A stretch of 64,000 nt of DNA from a virus: IMG/VR virus record IMGVR_UViG_2848853605_000003; one strand, given 5' to 3'. A model generated the notes under the pieces. The model ran no database searches. It saw nothing but the letters and a program-made list of their open reading frames with translations, and was not told the origin of the DNA. Below, one piece after another: positions 34,359 to 44,290 of this stretch (the stretch's first letter is position 1; each line of letters begins with the position of its first letter). Position numbers and translations under genes: made by a program.

Positions 34359-35735
34359 ATGTCCGACGTCAGCACCCAATCGCCGGCCATCAAGGCTATG
34401 GCCGAGGACTGGCCGATCATCGACGCGCTGATGGGCGGCACGAAAGCCATGCGCGCCGCCGGCGAGAAATTCATGCCGCGCTGGCCTCTGGAGGACAGGC
34501 AGGAGTACGACTCGCGCCTGAAAACCGCCACGCTCTACCCGGCGCTGTCGGAGACCGTGGAGCAGATGATTGGCCGCGTTTTCGGCGACCAGATCAGCCG
34601 CAAGGACGTGCCGAAGCGGATCGAGGAAGAGGTACTGCTGAATGTGGATCGAGAGGGCCGCAGCCTCGACGTGTTCGCCGCCGCCTGGTTCGGCGAGGCG
34701 CTGCAGCGCGGCGTGTCCTACCTGCTGGTTAACTACCCTCGCGTCGAGGGCGCCCGCACGATGGCGGACGAGAAAGCCGCCGGCGCGCGCCCGTACTGGT
34801 GCCACATCTCGCCCAAATCTGTCCTGGGCTGGAAAACCGACAAGTCAGGCGGTAGCGAACGCCTGGTCCAGTTCCGCTACCTCGAGCAGATCGAGGAACC
34901 AGACGGCGAGTTCGGGGTGAAGGCCGTCAAACAAATCGTGGTGCTGGAGCCTGGCCGCTGTCGGCTGTACCGAGAGACGGATGCCGGCTGGTCTCAGCAC
35001 GACGAGTTCGAGATGACCGCCGGCAGCGGGCCGCTGAAGGATATCCCGTTGATCCCGTTGTACGCCAAGCGTACGGGCTTCTTGACCGGCAAGCCACCGC
35101 TGCTGGAGCTGGCGCACCTGAACGTCAAGCACTGGCTGTCGCAGTCCGATCAGGACACGATCCTGCACACGGCGCGCGTTCCGATCCTGGCGCGCATTGG
35201 CGCGGAGCCGCAGTACGACCAAGAGGGCCGCAAGCGCGACGACATGCAGATCGGTAAGAGCCTGATCGACCTGCCGCTGAACGGCGACATGAAGTACGTC
35301 GAGCATACCGGCGCGGCCATCACCGCCGGCAAGGAGTCGCTGGCCGACCTAGAGGAGCAGATGAAAGTTGCCGGCGCCAAGTTGCTCACCCGCTCGGTGC
35401 TGGCGATGACCGACAGCCAGGCGCGCGGGGAGTCGCTGAAGGAAATCAGCCAGCTGCGAGCCATGGCAAACGCGCTGGAGGACTCGATAGCCAAGGCGCT
35501 CGACTACACCGCCATGTGGATGGGCCTGGGCGACAATGGCGGCGAGGTGGAGATCAGCGGCAACATTGACGCCGATTTTGACCCGTCCGCATCCATGGAT
35601 GTGCTGGTCAAGATGGGGCTTTCTCCGGAAACGATGTTCAGCGAGGCCAAGCGCCGCGGGCTGATTTCCGAGTCGCTGACCTGGGCGGATGAGCTGGAGC
35701 GCCGCGCCGGCCAGCCGCCGCTGGGGGCGATGTAA
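34359..35735 (+). CDS. Portal protein (DUF4055 family)
   Basis: GGTKAMRAAGE..PR...Y..RL; PPLLELAHLN..H. Confidence 0.88.
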   Translation: MSDVSTQSPAIKAMAEDWPIIDALMGGTKAMRAAGEKFMPRWPLEDRQEYDSRLKTATLYPALSETVEQMIGRVFGDQISRKDVPKRIEEEVLLNVDREGRSLDVFAAAWFGEALQRGVSYLLVNYPRVEGARTMADEKAAGARPYWCHISPKSVLGWKTDKSGGSERLVQFRYLEQIEEPDGEFGVKAVKQIVVLEPGRCRLYRETDAGWSQHDEFEMTAGSGPLKDIPLIPLYAKRTGFLTGKPPLLELAHLNVKHWLSQSDQDTILHTARVPILARIGAEPQYDQEGRKRDDMQIGKSLIDLPLNGDMKYVEHTGAAITAGKESLADLEEQMKVAGAKLLTRSVLAMTDSQARGESLKEISQLRAMANALEDSIAKALDYTAMWMGLGDNGGEVEISGNIDADFDPSASMDVLVKMGLSPETMFSEAKRRGLISESLTWADELERRAGQPPLGAM

Positions 35736-36808
35736 TGGCGACGGCCAATGAGCTGCAGCTGCTGCAGTTGATCGCGCATCAGATCGACCTGGGCCGCTAC
35801 AGCTCGCACGTCGTCCGCAAGATCATGGCGCTGCTCAACCGGGCGGATGCTGACTTGTTCGCCCGGCTGCAACTGGCGTTGGCCGATCTGGACGCGGACA
35901 CGTTCACAGTCCAGCGGCTGGACGCGATATTGCGCTCAGTCCGCCAGCTCAATCGCGCGGCCTACGAGCAGGCGCGGATCACGCTGGAGGGTGAGCTGTC
36001 CGGGCTGGTGGCGTCCGAGGTGGAGTGGCAGCACGATCTGTTCCGTGGCCTGCTGCCGGTACAGGTCAGCGTCGCCAGCGTCGCGCCGGAGACGGCCTAC
36101 GCTGCAGCAATGGCCAGGCCAATGCAAGGCCGCCTACTGCGCGAGTGGTTCGACGGTCTGGAGGAAGGTAAAGCGGCTCGACTGCGCGACGCGCTGCGGA
36201 TGGGGTTTCTTGAGGGCGAACCAGTCGCCAAGATCGTCCAGCGCATCCGCGGTACTCGTGCGATGGGCTACGCGGATGGACTTATCGAGACCGACCGACG
36301 CGCGGCGGAGGCCATCGCGCGCACCGCGATCAACCACTACGCAAACTTCAGCCGGCAGCATGTGGCCAACGCCAATGCCGACCTGATCGCCGGCGTGAAG
36401 TGGGTTTCGACGCTGGACATGCGGACGTCGAGCATTTGCCGCAGCCGCGATGGCAAGGTGTACCCGGTCAACTCGGGCCCGCGCCCGCCGGCACACATCA
36501 ACTGCAGGTCTGCGGTAGTGTTCGTCCTGAAATCGTGGCGTGAGCTGGGCATCGACATGGACGAGCTGCCGGAGTCCACGCGCGCCAGTCTCAACGGGCA
36601 AGTACCGGAGGGTTTGAGCTACAGCGATTGGCTCCGCCAGCAGCCGGTGGTGACGCAAGACGAAGTGCTGGGGAAGGCCAAGGGGCAACTCTACCGTGAC
36701 GGCGGCCTGAGTCTGGATCGATTCACGGACGCCAGCGGCCACGAGTACACGCTCGACGAGCTCAGAAAGCGCAACAAAGCGGCATTCGAGGCGGCTGGGT
36801 TGGTATAA
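35735..36808 (+). CDS. Minor head morphogenesis protein (SPP1 gp7/Mu F-like)
   Basis: WVSTLDMRTSSICRSRDG...PPAHINCRS. Confidence 0.88.
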   Translation: MATANELQLLQLIAHQIDLGRYSSHVVRKIMALLNRADADLFARLQLALADLDADTFTVQRLDAILRSVRQLNRAAYEQARITLEGELSGLVASEVEWQHDLFRGLLPVQVSVASVAPETAYAAAMARPMQGRLLREWFDGLEEGKAARLRDALRMGFLEGEPVAKIVQRIRGTRAMGYADGLIETDRRAAEAIARTAINHYANFSRQHVANANADLIAGVKWVSTLDMRTSSICRSRDGKVYPVNSGPRPPAHINCRSAVVFVLKSWRELGIDMDELPESTRASLNGQVPEGLSYSDWLRQQPVVTQDEVLGKAKGQLYRDGGLSLDRFTDASGHEYTLDELRKRNKAAFEAAGLV

Positions 36809-36837
36809 TTGGGGAGTGAGTACTGCGGGGGCCAAAG

Positions 36838-37419
36838 ATGAAGTATCCCGATTTTCGCGGTGTAATTCCTAGAGCAAGAAGCAACCACACCAAATCGCCG
36901 TTGGACTATGAGCCGGACGATATCAAAAAAGTCGAGAGGCTTGGTGTTGCCTATTTTCTAGATACACAGATCCTGCCGCAGGATATCCAAGGGGCGAGCC
37001 GTGAGGCGTTGGTCAATATTGGCTTCCGATTCGGCCGGGCTGACGATGTATTTATCCAGTGCCAATTACCAACCGGCTGGGACAAGGTTCAGCTTGGCGA
37101 ATCAAGGCATATCGGTTTGCGAGACCGACAAGGCCGTCTCCGGGCCGCTATCTTCTACAAATTGACTCCCTACGAGAAGCGCGCCAGCATGAAAATGCTA
37201 ACCAGATTTTCTGTGCAGCCATGCAGACAAGGCGCTTCTGGTCGAGTGTTGTCTGTTGCGGTTATGGATGGTGACAACCCCATTCTCGAAATTGGGGGGT
37301 GGGAAGAGCCCGACTATGAGCGATCCGAGGCACTGGAGGCTCGTGGTGTGGCATGGCTGGATGAACACCATCCAGACTGGCGAGACCCATTTGCGTATTG
37401 GGACTGCAATGACAAGTAA
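36838..37419 (+). CDS. Hypothetical protein inserted in the head operon
   Basis: LPTGW...DRQGRLRAAIFYK...PDWRDPFAYWD. Confidence 0.6.
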   Translation: MKYPDFRGVIPRARSNHTKSPLDYEPDDIKKVERLGVAYFLDTQILPQDIQGASREALVNIGFRFGRADDVFIQCQLPTGWDKVQLGESRHIGLRDRQGRLRAAIFYKLTPYEKRASMKMLTRFSVQPCRQGASGRVLSVAVMDGDNPILEIGGWEEPDYERSEALEARGVAWLDEHHPDWRDPFAYWDCNDK

Positions 37420-37651
37420 CCCCCCCAGCAGTGTCGCCGAATTTTTTGCCGCTGACGCCGCGCGCCAGATAGCCGAGAACTCGCCATCCGATCCGCGGCG
37501 TCGGCCGCTTTGCGACGACTACTGTCCGGCCTGTTCAGGCTCGACATGGTTCTACGCCCAGCAAGGACCGGCCAGTCGAGGCGTGAAAGGCACGGCACGA
37601 GTGAAGGTGTGCGTGGCCTGCTTGGCCAACGGCAAGATGACGACCTACTGA
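37409..37651 (+). CDS. Small Zn-ribbon protein
   Basis: CPAC...CVAC. Confidence 0.5.
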   Translation: MTSNPPSSVAEFFAADAARQIAENSPSDPRRRPLCDDYCPACSGSTWFYAQQGPASRGVKGTARVKVCVACLANGKMTTY

Positions 37652-37728
37652 GTTGATTTACAGCTTGGGCTGGAAAGCCCGAGTGAATGGTAATAAAATG
37701 CCATGTAAATTTTATGGCGAGAGCATCA

Positions 37729-37971
37729 ATGTCAAACCACACTGTCGCAAAACATGTTTCAAAGAGGATATTGAAGTTCACATATCCAATTATAGTATTG
37801 CTGCTTTTAAGTCGACTGATCTTCAGGGTCAGCTCTTTTTCCCAAGAGGAGTTAATTGATCAGGGAATTAGATTAACTTTTAACTTGTTATTCTGGGCTG
37901 TTTTTATTTTTGGCCTGACCTACATTGTCAATCGAGCCATCTTGGCTACGAAGAAAACCAAGCAAGGCTAA
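37729..37971 (+). CDS. Low-GC small membrane protein (moron)
   Basis: Two TM segments, AT-rich, followed by a terminator-like hairpin. Confidence 0.5.
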   Translation: MSNHTVAKHVSKRILKFTYPIIVLLLLSRLIFRVSSFSQEELIDQGIRLTFNLLFWAVFIFGLTYIVNRAILATKKTKQG

Positions 37972-38125
37972 CTACGTTTAGACACTGAACCAAGAACCCG
38001 CCACATGGCGGGTTTTCTGCTTTCTGGCCCCGGCAACCGCCGGGGTTTTTCATTTCTGCCGCTGAACGGATGTGACGCGGTGCTCTTGGCTGGAAAGCTA
38101 CAACTCACAGGATGGAAATCCACGC

Positions 38126-38866
38126 ATGAAACTGAAACTCGACGAGAACGGCAACGTTGTGCTGGCCGATGGCAAACCGGTCTACATCCACGACGACGGG
38201 AAGGAAATCCCGTTCGACGCGGGGGCGGCGATGCAGAAAATCGCCCAGCTGAACGGCGAGGCCAAATCGCATCGCGAGGCGCGCGAGGCTGCCGAGGTGC
38301 TGGCCAAGAAGTTCGAAGGCATCGAAGACCCGGCGGCAGCGCTGAAGGCGCTCCAGACCATCAAGAACCTGGACGACAAGAAGCTGATCGATGCCGGCGA
38401 AGCGGAGAAGGTCAAGGCCGAACTGGCCGCGGCCTACGAAGGCCGCCTCAAGGGCAAGGACGAGGAGCTGAGCAAGCTGCAAGGCCAGCTCCACACCGAG
38501 CTGATCGGCGGATCTTTCTCCCGCTCCAAGACCATCGCCGAGAAGCTGGCCATTCCGGCCGACATCGCGCAGTCCTTCTTCGGCCAGCGCTTCAAGGTCG
38601 AGGACGGCAAGGTCGTCGCCTACGACTCCAACGGCAGCAAGCTGTACAGCCGAGTCAAGCCGGGAGAGTTGGCCGGGTTCGATGAGGCGCTGGAAACGCT
38701 GATCGACAGCTATCCGCACAAGGACAGCATCTTGAAAAGCTCCGGCTCGTCCGGTAGTGGATCGGGCGGCAATACCGGCGGCGGCGGCTCCAGCAGCGCC
38801 AAGAGTCTGGCCGACTGCAAAACCGACGCCGAGCGCGTCGCGTACCTCCAAGCAAACACAAAATAA
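38126..38866 (+). CDS. Capsid scaffold protein
   Basis: MKLKLDENG...PVYIHDDGKE...Gly/Ser linker; upstream of the major capsid gene. Confidence 0.8.
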   Translation: MKLKLDENGNVVLADGKPVYIHDDGKEIPFDAGAAMQKIAQLNGEAKSHREAREAAEVLAKKFEGIEDPAAALKALQTIKNLDDKKLIDAGEAEKVKAELAAAYEGRLKGKDEELSKLQGQLHTELIGGSFSRSKTIAEKLAIPADIAQSFFGQRFKVEDGKVVAYDSNGSKLYSRVKPGELAGFDEALETLIDSYPHKDSILKSSGSSGSGSGGNTGGGGSSSAKSLADCKTDAERVAYLQANTK

Positions 38867-38875
38867 GGACACAAC

Positions 38876-39838
38876 ATGGCATTTGACCTGCAGGTTTTCA
38901 ACAAGCAGACCTACCTGACCATCACCGAGACGGTGGCCAACGAGGTCAACAAGTTCAACGAAGCGTCCCAAGGCACCATCGTGCTGCAGAACGCGCCGGC
39001 CTCCGGTGATTTCGACATCACCGCCAGCTTCAAGGCCATTTCCGGCTTGGTGCGTCGCCGGAACGTCTACAGCAACGCATCGGTGGAGTCCAAACGTCTG
39101 CAACAGCTGCTGAACGCCTCGGTGAAGGTCGCCGCCGGCACGCCGCCGATCGACTACGAGCCGGCCCAATACCAGTGGGTACTGCAGAACCCCGAGCTCG
39201 CCGCGCTGAAGATCGGCGAGCAGCTGGCCAAGGCCCGCGTGGCTGACATGCTGGATACCGGCATCCGCGGCGCCGTGGCGGCGCTGTCGGGTAATGCGGC
39301 CGTCTCGACCGGCGACGGCACCGAAGATCCTTCGTTCCGCCTGCTCAACAAGGCGTCGTTCAAGTTTGGCGATCGCTCCAGCGCCATCCTGGCGTGGGTG
39401 CTGCATTCGTCCACGCTGAGCAAGCTGTACGACAACGCGCTGGCCAACACCGAGCGTCTGTTCTCCTACGACGGCGTGAACGTTCTGCGCGACCCGTTCG
39501 GCCGCCTGTTCGTGGTGACCGACTCGGAAGCGCTGGTCGTGCCGGGCGCTGCCAACGCCGATCCGAAGTTCCGTACGCTCGGCCTGGTTGGCAACGGCGT
39601 CGTGGTCAGCGGCAACGACGACTTCAACAGCGTCATCGTGCCGAAGGTTGGCACCGAGAACATCGGCGCGACCTATCAGGCCGAGTGGTCCTACAACCTG
39701 GGCATCGCCGGCTACACCTGGGACATGGCTAACGGCGGCAAGTCGCCGACCAATACCGCCATCGGCACCGGTTCGAACTGGGACCAGACCGCCACCAGCC
39801 ACAAGGACACCGCGGGTGTCATCTTGACCACCAAGTAA
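38876..39838 (+). CDS. Major capsid protein
   Basis: LQVFN...FNEASQG.IVL...GYTWD...GKSPT...NW...KDTAGV. Confidence 0.88.
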   Translation: MAFDLQVFNKQTYLTITETVANEVNKFNEASQGTIVLQNAPASGDFDITASFKAISGLVRRRNVYSNASVESKRLQQLLNASVKVAAGTPPIDYEPAQYQWVLQNPELAALKIGEQLAKARVADMLDTGIRGAVAALSGNAAVSTGDGTEDPSFRLLNKASFKFGDRSSAILAWVLHSSTLSKLYDNALANTERLFSYDGVNVLRDPFGRLFVVTDSEALVVPGAANADPKFRTLGLVGNGVVVSGNDDFNSVIVPKVGTENIGATYQAEWSYNLGIAGYTWDMANGGKSPTNTAIGTGSNWDQTATSHKDTAGVILTTK

Positions 39839-39871
39839 CCGCGAGGGGCTTTGGCCCCTCTGGGAGTTCAC

Positions 39872-40180
39872 ATGAGCAAGAAAATCCTCTGGTTCATCGC
39901 CGGCCCGGCGACGAAGGAGCAGCGTGAGATTGCCGCGAAAGAGCGGGTGATCATCCGCGACTCCTTGGCCTACTGGCCGGGCGATGCCATCGAGCTGTGC
40001 GATGCCGTCGTTGGCGAAGTGCCGGCGGCCTATGCAGAGCGCTTTGAGGTGCTGGAGACGGAGAATGATGCCAAGCCTGCTAGGGGCAAGAAGAAAGGTT
40101 CCGCAAATGAGGCTGCTGATCAAGCTGCTGGAAACGATGCCGCGGCTGAGCCCGCCGACGCCGTGGGCAAGGGCGCGTAA
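39872..40180 (+). CDS. Hypothetical head-associated protein
   Basis: ELCDAVVGEVPAAY; follows the capsid gene. Confidence 0.6.
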   Translation: MSKKILWFIAGPATKEQREIAAKERVIIRDSLAYWPGDAIELCDAVVGEVPAAYAERFEVLETENDAKPARGKKKGSANEAADQAAGNDAAAEPADAVGKGA

Positions 40181-40198
40181 CCGGGCCGGGAGGAGAGG

Positions 40199-40651
40199 AT
40201 GGCGCTAATCGTAGAGAACGGCATGGGACAACCGGACGCGCAGAGCTACATCTCCGTGACCGAGGCCGACGATTACCACGCCGCCATGGGCAACGCCCGC
40301 TGGTCGGGTGACGAGGCGGCCAAGTCGGCGGCGCTCCGGCGCGCGGCGCAATATCTCGACGCGCGCTACCAGTTTGCTGGCTGGCGTCAGTCGTCGGCGC
40401 AGGCGCTGGAGTGGCCGCGGCAACCGTTTGGTGTGCCGAAGGCGCTCAAAGATGCACAGGCTGAGCTGGCGTTGCGGGCGCTGAGCGGCGAGCTGTTCGC
40501 CGATTCGGATGGCCGCGTGCTGGTTTCCAAAACCATAGGGCCGATCAAGAAGGAATACGCTCAGGCCGGCGGAAGCCGCTTCCCGGTCGTTGACGCGCTG
40601 CTTCGGCCTCTGCTGGCCGGCGGTGGGCAAGTTCGGCTCAGGAGGGGGTGA
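40199..40651 (+). CDS. Head-tail adaptor (DnaT-like annotation)
   Basis: MALIVENG.G..DA.SY...QALEWPR. Confidence 0.8.
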   Translation: MALIVENGMGQPDAQSYISVTEADDYHAAMGNARWSGDEAAKSAALRRAAQYLDARYQFAGWRQSSAQALEWPRQPFGVPKALKDAQAELALRALSGELFADSDGRVLVSKTIGPIKKEYAQAGGSRFPVVDALLRPLLAGGGQVRLRRG

Positions 40652-41007
40652 TGACTGAGGCTGAAGAGATCGCCGCGGATCTGCGCGAAGAAGGCCAGGA
40701 CGTGAAGATCGAGCGCCGCGTCGCTGGCGGATACGACCCGGAGCAGGGCGGCGAAGCCGAGACCGTGGAGACCGATACCGTACCAGGGGCGGAGTTGGAG
40801 TTTGATCTACAGTCCTCCGGCCAGCTCTTCGCCGCAGGCCTGGTGAAGGCCGGCGACAAGCGCATGCTGCTCTCTGTCCCCAAATTCCCGCCAGAGCCAG
40901 GGCAGTTCATCACGCTGGCGCGCGGCCGTCGCTACCGAATCGAGGGCGTGAAAGAAGTTGGCCCCAGCGGTGTCCCAATCCTCTATGACCTGCACGTGAG
41001 GCGCTGA
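40651..41007 (+). CDS. Head closure/joining protein
   Basis: Synteny; GGYDP...GDK. Confidence 0.65.
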   Translation: MTEAEEIAADLREEGQDVKIERRVAGGYDPEQGGEAETVETDTVPGAELEFDLQSSGQLFAAGLVKAGDKRMLLSVPKFPPEPGQFITLARGRRYRIEGVKEVGPSGVPILYDLHVRR

Positions 41008-41387
41008 TGGGGCAGTTCTCCGTAGACCTGACCCGCATCGTAGCCAAGGCCAAGGGCAACATGGACATGGTGGCGCGCAAGATCGTGTTCGAGGCTTTCA
41101 ACAAGGTGGTGCTGAAATCGCCTGTCGATACGGGAGCATTTCGCAACAGTTGGACGGTTGGTTTCGGCGCGCTGCCGGCGGCCTTGCCGCGCACGCCTAC
41201 GCAATCCGGTATCGACGCCCATGCTGACGTGGCGCGCGTGCTGGCCACCAAGATTGCCGGCGTGAACGCTTGGCTGGTGAACCCGATGCCATACGCGGTC
41301 AAGTTGGAGTACGGCTGGTCCAAGCAGGCGCCGGCGGGCATGGTGCGCCTGACGTTGGCCGAAATCTCATCGCACTATGGGAGGTAA
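41007..41387 (+). CDS. HK97 gp10-like tail completion protein
   Basis: SPVDTG.FRNSW...PYA.KLEYGWSKQAPAGMVR. Confidence 0.85.
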   Translation: MGQFSVDLTRIVAKAKGNMDMVARKIVFEAFNKVVLKSPVDTGAFRNSWTVGFGALPAALPRTPTQSGIDAHADVARVLATKIAGVNAWLVNPMPYAVKLEYGWSKQAPAGMVRLTLAEISSHYGR

Positions 41388-41389
41388 TT

Positions 41390-41779
41390 GTGTCTCTGAC
41401 CACAATTCGTGCGGCGTTCGAAAGGCGTCTTGCCGATTGGGCGAAGGGCCAGGCTCTGCCCGTGGCATGGGAGAACATCGAGTTCACGCCGCCGATGGAT
41501 GGCCTCTACCTGCGCGCTTTCCTACTACCGGCAGAGGGCGAGACGGTGAACCTGGAGTACGGCACATGCGAAATTGGGCTGTACCAGATCAATGTCTGCG
41601 CCCCACAAGGGAAGGGGCCGCGGCAAGCTGAGAAGCTGGCTGAGGCCTTGCAGTCTCTGTATCCACCCGGCGATGTGCTGGCCGGCGCGCGCTTAGTTCG
41701 CCAGCCAGCCATTGGCCCGCCGATACCGGACGGCGTGAGCCGGATCGTCCCTGTCACCATTCGATATTCCACCATTTAG
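41390..41779 (+). CDS. Tail terminator (DUF4128-like)
   Basis: VAWENIEF.PP...GLYQINV..P.GKG. Confidence 0.75.
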   Translation: MSLTTIRAAFERRLADWAKGQALPVAWENIEFTPPMDGLYLRAFLLPAEGETVNLEYGTCEIGLYQINVCAPQGKGPRQAEKLAEALQSLYPPGDVLAGARLVRQPAIGPPIPDGVSRIVPVTIRYSTI

Positions 41780-41817
41780 CCCGCCTCGCGCGGGCATCAT
41801 CATTTTGAGGAGGCGAC

Positions 41818-42231
41818 ATGCCATCCAATGCAATTTCCGCGCAAGGCTCCAAGCTGAGCATCGAGAGCGCAGGCGACAAGCCTAGCTTTGTCCAGATCAA
41901 GGAAATCCAGTCTTACAGTGGTTTCGATGGCAAGGCGTCTGAATTGGACGTCACCACGTTGGATTCCACTGCGAAAGAGAAGCGCAAGGGCCTGAAGGAC
42001 AATGGCGGCTTCCAGTTCGAACTGAACCGGGTTCTGGATGACCCGGGCCAACTGCTGCTCGACGCGGCCCAGAACGAAGATCAACCGCGGCGCTTCAAGC
42101 TTGAGCTGCCCAACGGCAAATCGGCCACCTTCTCCGCGCTGGTCATGTCCTTCGACCTGAAGGGCGGTGTGGATGCGGTTCTGAAGGGCTCGGCCACGTT
42201 GAGCATTTCCGGCGCAGTGACCTGGGCGTAA
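41818..42231 (+). CDS. Major tail tube protein
   Basis: AISAQGSKL...ELDVTTLDSTAKE...GLKD.G. Confidence 0.85.
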   Translation: MPSNAISAQGSKLSIESAGDKPSFVQIKEIQSYSGFDGKASELDVTTLDSTAKEKRKGLKDNGGFQFELNRVLDDPGQLLLDAAQNEDQPRRFKLELPNGKSATFSALVMSFDLKGGVDAVLKGSATLSISGAVTWA

Positions 42232-42240
42232 GGGGAAAGC

Positions 42241-42708
42241 ATGGCTCTTGATGTACTGGACGATAACCTGATCGTCGGCGACAAAATCCACTGGTTCGAC
42301 CTGAAGCACTACGTCACCGGCGCGCTGACTGGTGCGCGGCTGGGCGTCATGTCGGACGAAGCGGAAATCGTGAAGGCGCTGCGTCGCAAGATGCACGACA
42401 ACGACGTGAAGCGCTTCGCCGAGGCCAAAGCCGCCGGAAAGGATGCTCCGGAGCCGCTGGCTTATGATGAGCGCGAGGCGCTGCTGCTGGACTTGGCCGT
42501 GGCGCGATTGGCTGGCTGGGAGGGGCTGGTGCGTGGCGGCGAGCCTCTGCCATTCTCCGCCAGCGAGGCGCGCGCGCTGCTGCAAAAGGCGGCCTGGATT
42601 CGGGATGCCATCCTCGCTGAGAGCGGAGAGCTCGCAAATTTCATCAAGCCGCTGCCGACGCCGTCCGAGCCTACGCCGGGCGAGAGTTCCGGCTCGACAA
42701 GCGGCTGA
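42241..42708 (+). CDS. Tail assembly chaperone (G-like)
   Basis: Position; GWEGL...PFS...ANF slippery end. Confidence 0.75.
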   Translation: MALDVLDDNLIVGDKIHWFDLKHYVTGALTGARLGVMSDEAEIVKALRRKMHDNDVKRFAEAKAAGKDAPEPLAYDEREALLLDLAVARLAGWEGLVRGGEPLPFSASEARALLQKAAWIRDAILAESGELANFIKPLPTPSEPTPGESSGSTSG

Positions 42709-43037
42709 AGGATGGCGAGTCGCTGAGGCGCCGCGGCCACGGCAACCCGCTGCAGCTGTCCCCGGAGGTCTCCTACCTGTGGGGCTGGTTCTGCGAGTTG
42801 TCCGCCGGGCGGCAGTCGTCCGGCTACGGCCCGCAGCCGCTGAGCTACGGTGACATTGGCGCGTGGGAGAGGCTTCTCGCGCGCCGGCCCCGCGTTTGGG
42901 AGGTGATGCTGCTCAAGCAGTTGGACCTCGACTATCTGGAGGTCCAAGCCATGGATGATGGCGCGCTGTTGGCTGAGCAGATGCAGGATGATGAGGCGCG
43001 GTCGCGGGCGATTATGGCGTTGCTGGTTGGTGGGTAA
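42636..43037 (+). CDS. -1 frameshift extension of the tail chaperone (GT-like)
   Basis: Heptamer A AAT TTC at 42636-42642; the -1 frame is open to 43037 (YLWGWFCELSAGR...PLSY..I.AW...LD..YL). Confidence 0.75.
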   Translation, partial: KFHQAAADAVRAYAGREFRLDKRLKDGESLRRRGHGNPLQLSPEVSYLWGWFCELSAGRQSSGYGPQPLSYGDIGAWERLLARRPRVWEVMLLKQLDLDYLEVQAMDDGALLAEQMQDDEARSRAIMALLVGG

Positions 43038-43040
43038 GGA

Positions 43041-43514
43041 TTATTTATTACTTTTCTTGTTGTCTATTATTTCTTGTTCATTGATGATCGGCAACGATAT
43101 TGCAGTTACTATTTTGTTGCCTGCTGATTCAATTTGATTTCGCAAATGACTCATAAGTGGGTAATCATCGCCTTTGTAGTTTGCAAGCTGACGTTTTGAA
43201 ATAAAAGCCGACAAAAATGCTACGCGTGCGTCGGGTTCAAGATACAGGCAATTGTTATTCCACCACTCGTCGCATTCTTTAACTATGGAGTATGCTTGTT
43301 CATCATTAGGGGTGGAATTCATTCGTCTCCACAACCCATATGCTTCCTGATGGGCTTGTAGCCTAGCATCAAAAGCCGCGGTTTTTAATTGATTATTTAC
43401 TTTGTGCTTTTCAAGGGCTCGGCTAACAAAAAAACCACCGGCAAAGACAAGTGCATTTACTAGGGAGGTTATCGAGGTTTGGATGATGGATGCAATTTGT
43501 GGGCTGATTTCCAT
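43041..43514 (-). CDS. Low-GC moron, membrane-anchored hypothetical protein
   Basis: AT-rich, N-terminal TM helix. Confidence 0.6.
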   Translation of the reverse strand: MEISPQIASIIQTSITSLVNALVFAGGFFVSRALEKHKVNNQLKTAAFDARLQAHQEAYGLWRRMNSTPNDEQAYSIVKECDEWWNNNCLYLEPDARVAFLSAFISKRQLANYKGDDYPLMSHLRNQIESAGNKIVTAISLPIINEQEIIDNKKSNK

Positions 43515-43559
43515 TGTTTAGTACTAGGTTGTCTGTGAAATTGGCATTTTAGGTATGCA

Positions 43560-43844
43560 CTATTGGCTTGCCAAGTGCTCCCTGTACTCCTTCACCATCT
43601 CCTTCGTCACATCCTTCTCGTAGCAGATTGGGGCCTCGCCACCCGGCCGGCTGTACGCGCTGCGGCGCCCGCATGAGCTGCCGTTACGTGCCGTGTTGTA
43701 CGGACACGGGCAGTTGCCGTAGTAGGACTCGATGGATTCTTTGATGATGGCGCGCTTGATTTGCTGGTCGGACATCGGCTTAGCGTTGGCCACGCCGGCG
43801 GCAAGCAAGAGGGCGGAGAGGGCGAGGGTGATTGGCTTGAGCAT
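43560..43844 (-). CDS. Small secreted Cys-containing protein
   Basis: Signal peptide; CPCPYN..RNGSSCGRRSAYSRPGG..PICY. Confidence 0.7.
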   Translation of the reverse strand: MLKPITLALSALLLAAGVANAKPMSDQQIKRAIIKESIESYYGNCPCPYNTARNGSSCGRRSAYSRPGGEAPICYEKDVTKEMVKEYREHLASQ

Positions 43845-43942
43845 GGTGTTGACCTGTTGGGCGTGATTCCCAAGCTTCATGCTGGAGCCATCTAGTTGTC
43901 AATGTCATAATGGCCGCTCCTTGACCCAACTGGACCATCAAA

Positions 43943-44110
43943 ATGAAGAAAGCTCTCCTGCTCATTGCCGCCCTGGCGCTTTCCGTTCCTGCCGTCTCCT
44001 TCGCAGGAAAGCATGGCGGCGGCCACTACGCCAGCGGCAAAGGCTCCTCGCACAAGGGTGGCCACTACAAGAACAAGGCAACGAACGACCACTACCGCAA
44101 GCGCCACTGA
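43943..44110 (+). CDS. 55-aa secreted Gly/His/Lys-rich peptide
   Basis: Manual translation MKKALLLIAALALSVPAVSFA-GKHGGGHYASGKGSSHKGGHYKNKATNDHYRKRH; hairpin downstream at ~44131-44153. Confidence 0.7.
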   Translation: MKKALLLIAALALSVPAVSFAGKHGGGHYASGKGSSHKGGHYKNKATNDHYRKRH

Positions 44111-44290
44111 GGCAAGCGCTGGTGAATGTGAAAAGCCCCGCAATTGCGGGGACTTGTCATTTCCATAACAGAAATGCCGCGGGTCAAGCTGGCCGGATAG
44201 ATTTGCCTTGGTTGCGCGTAGATGTCCGCGTCATGATCGCGCGTCCTCGCAAACGCTACCCTCCCATCTTCAACAGGTTAGGAGGCTTAT

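Noticed and set aside
38105..40123. Long antisense ORFs (672 aa here; also 8507..9856 and 57033..58202)
   Set aside because: Shadow frames of GC-rich genes on the opposite strand, with no motifs.
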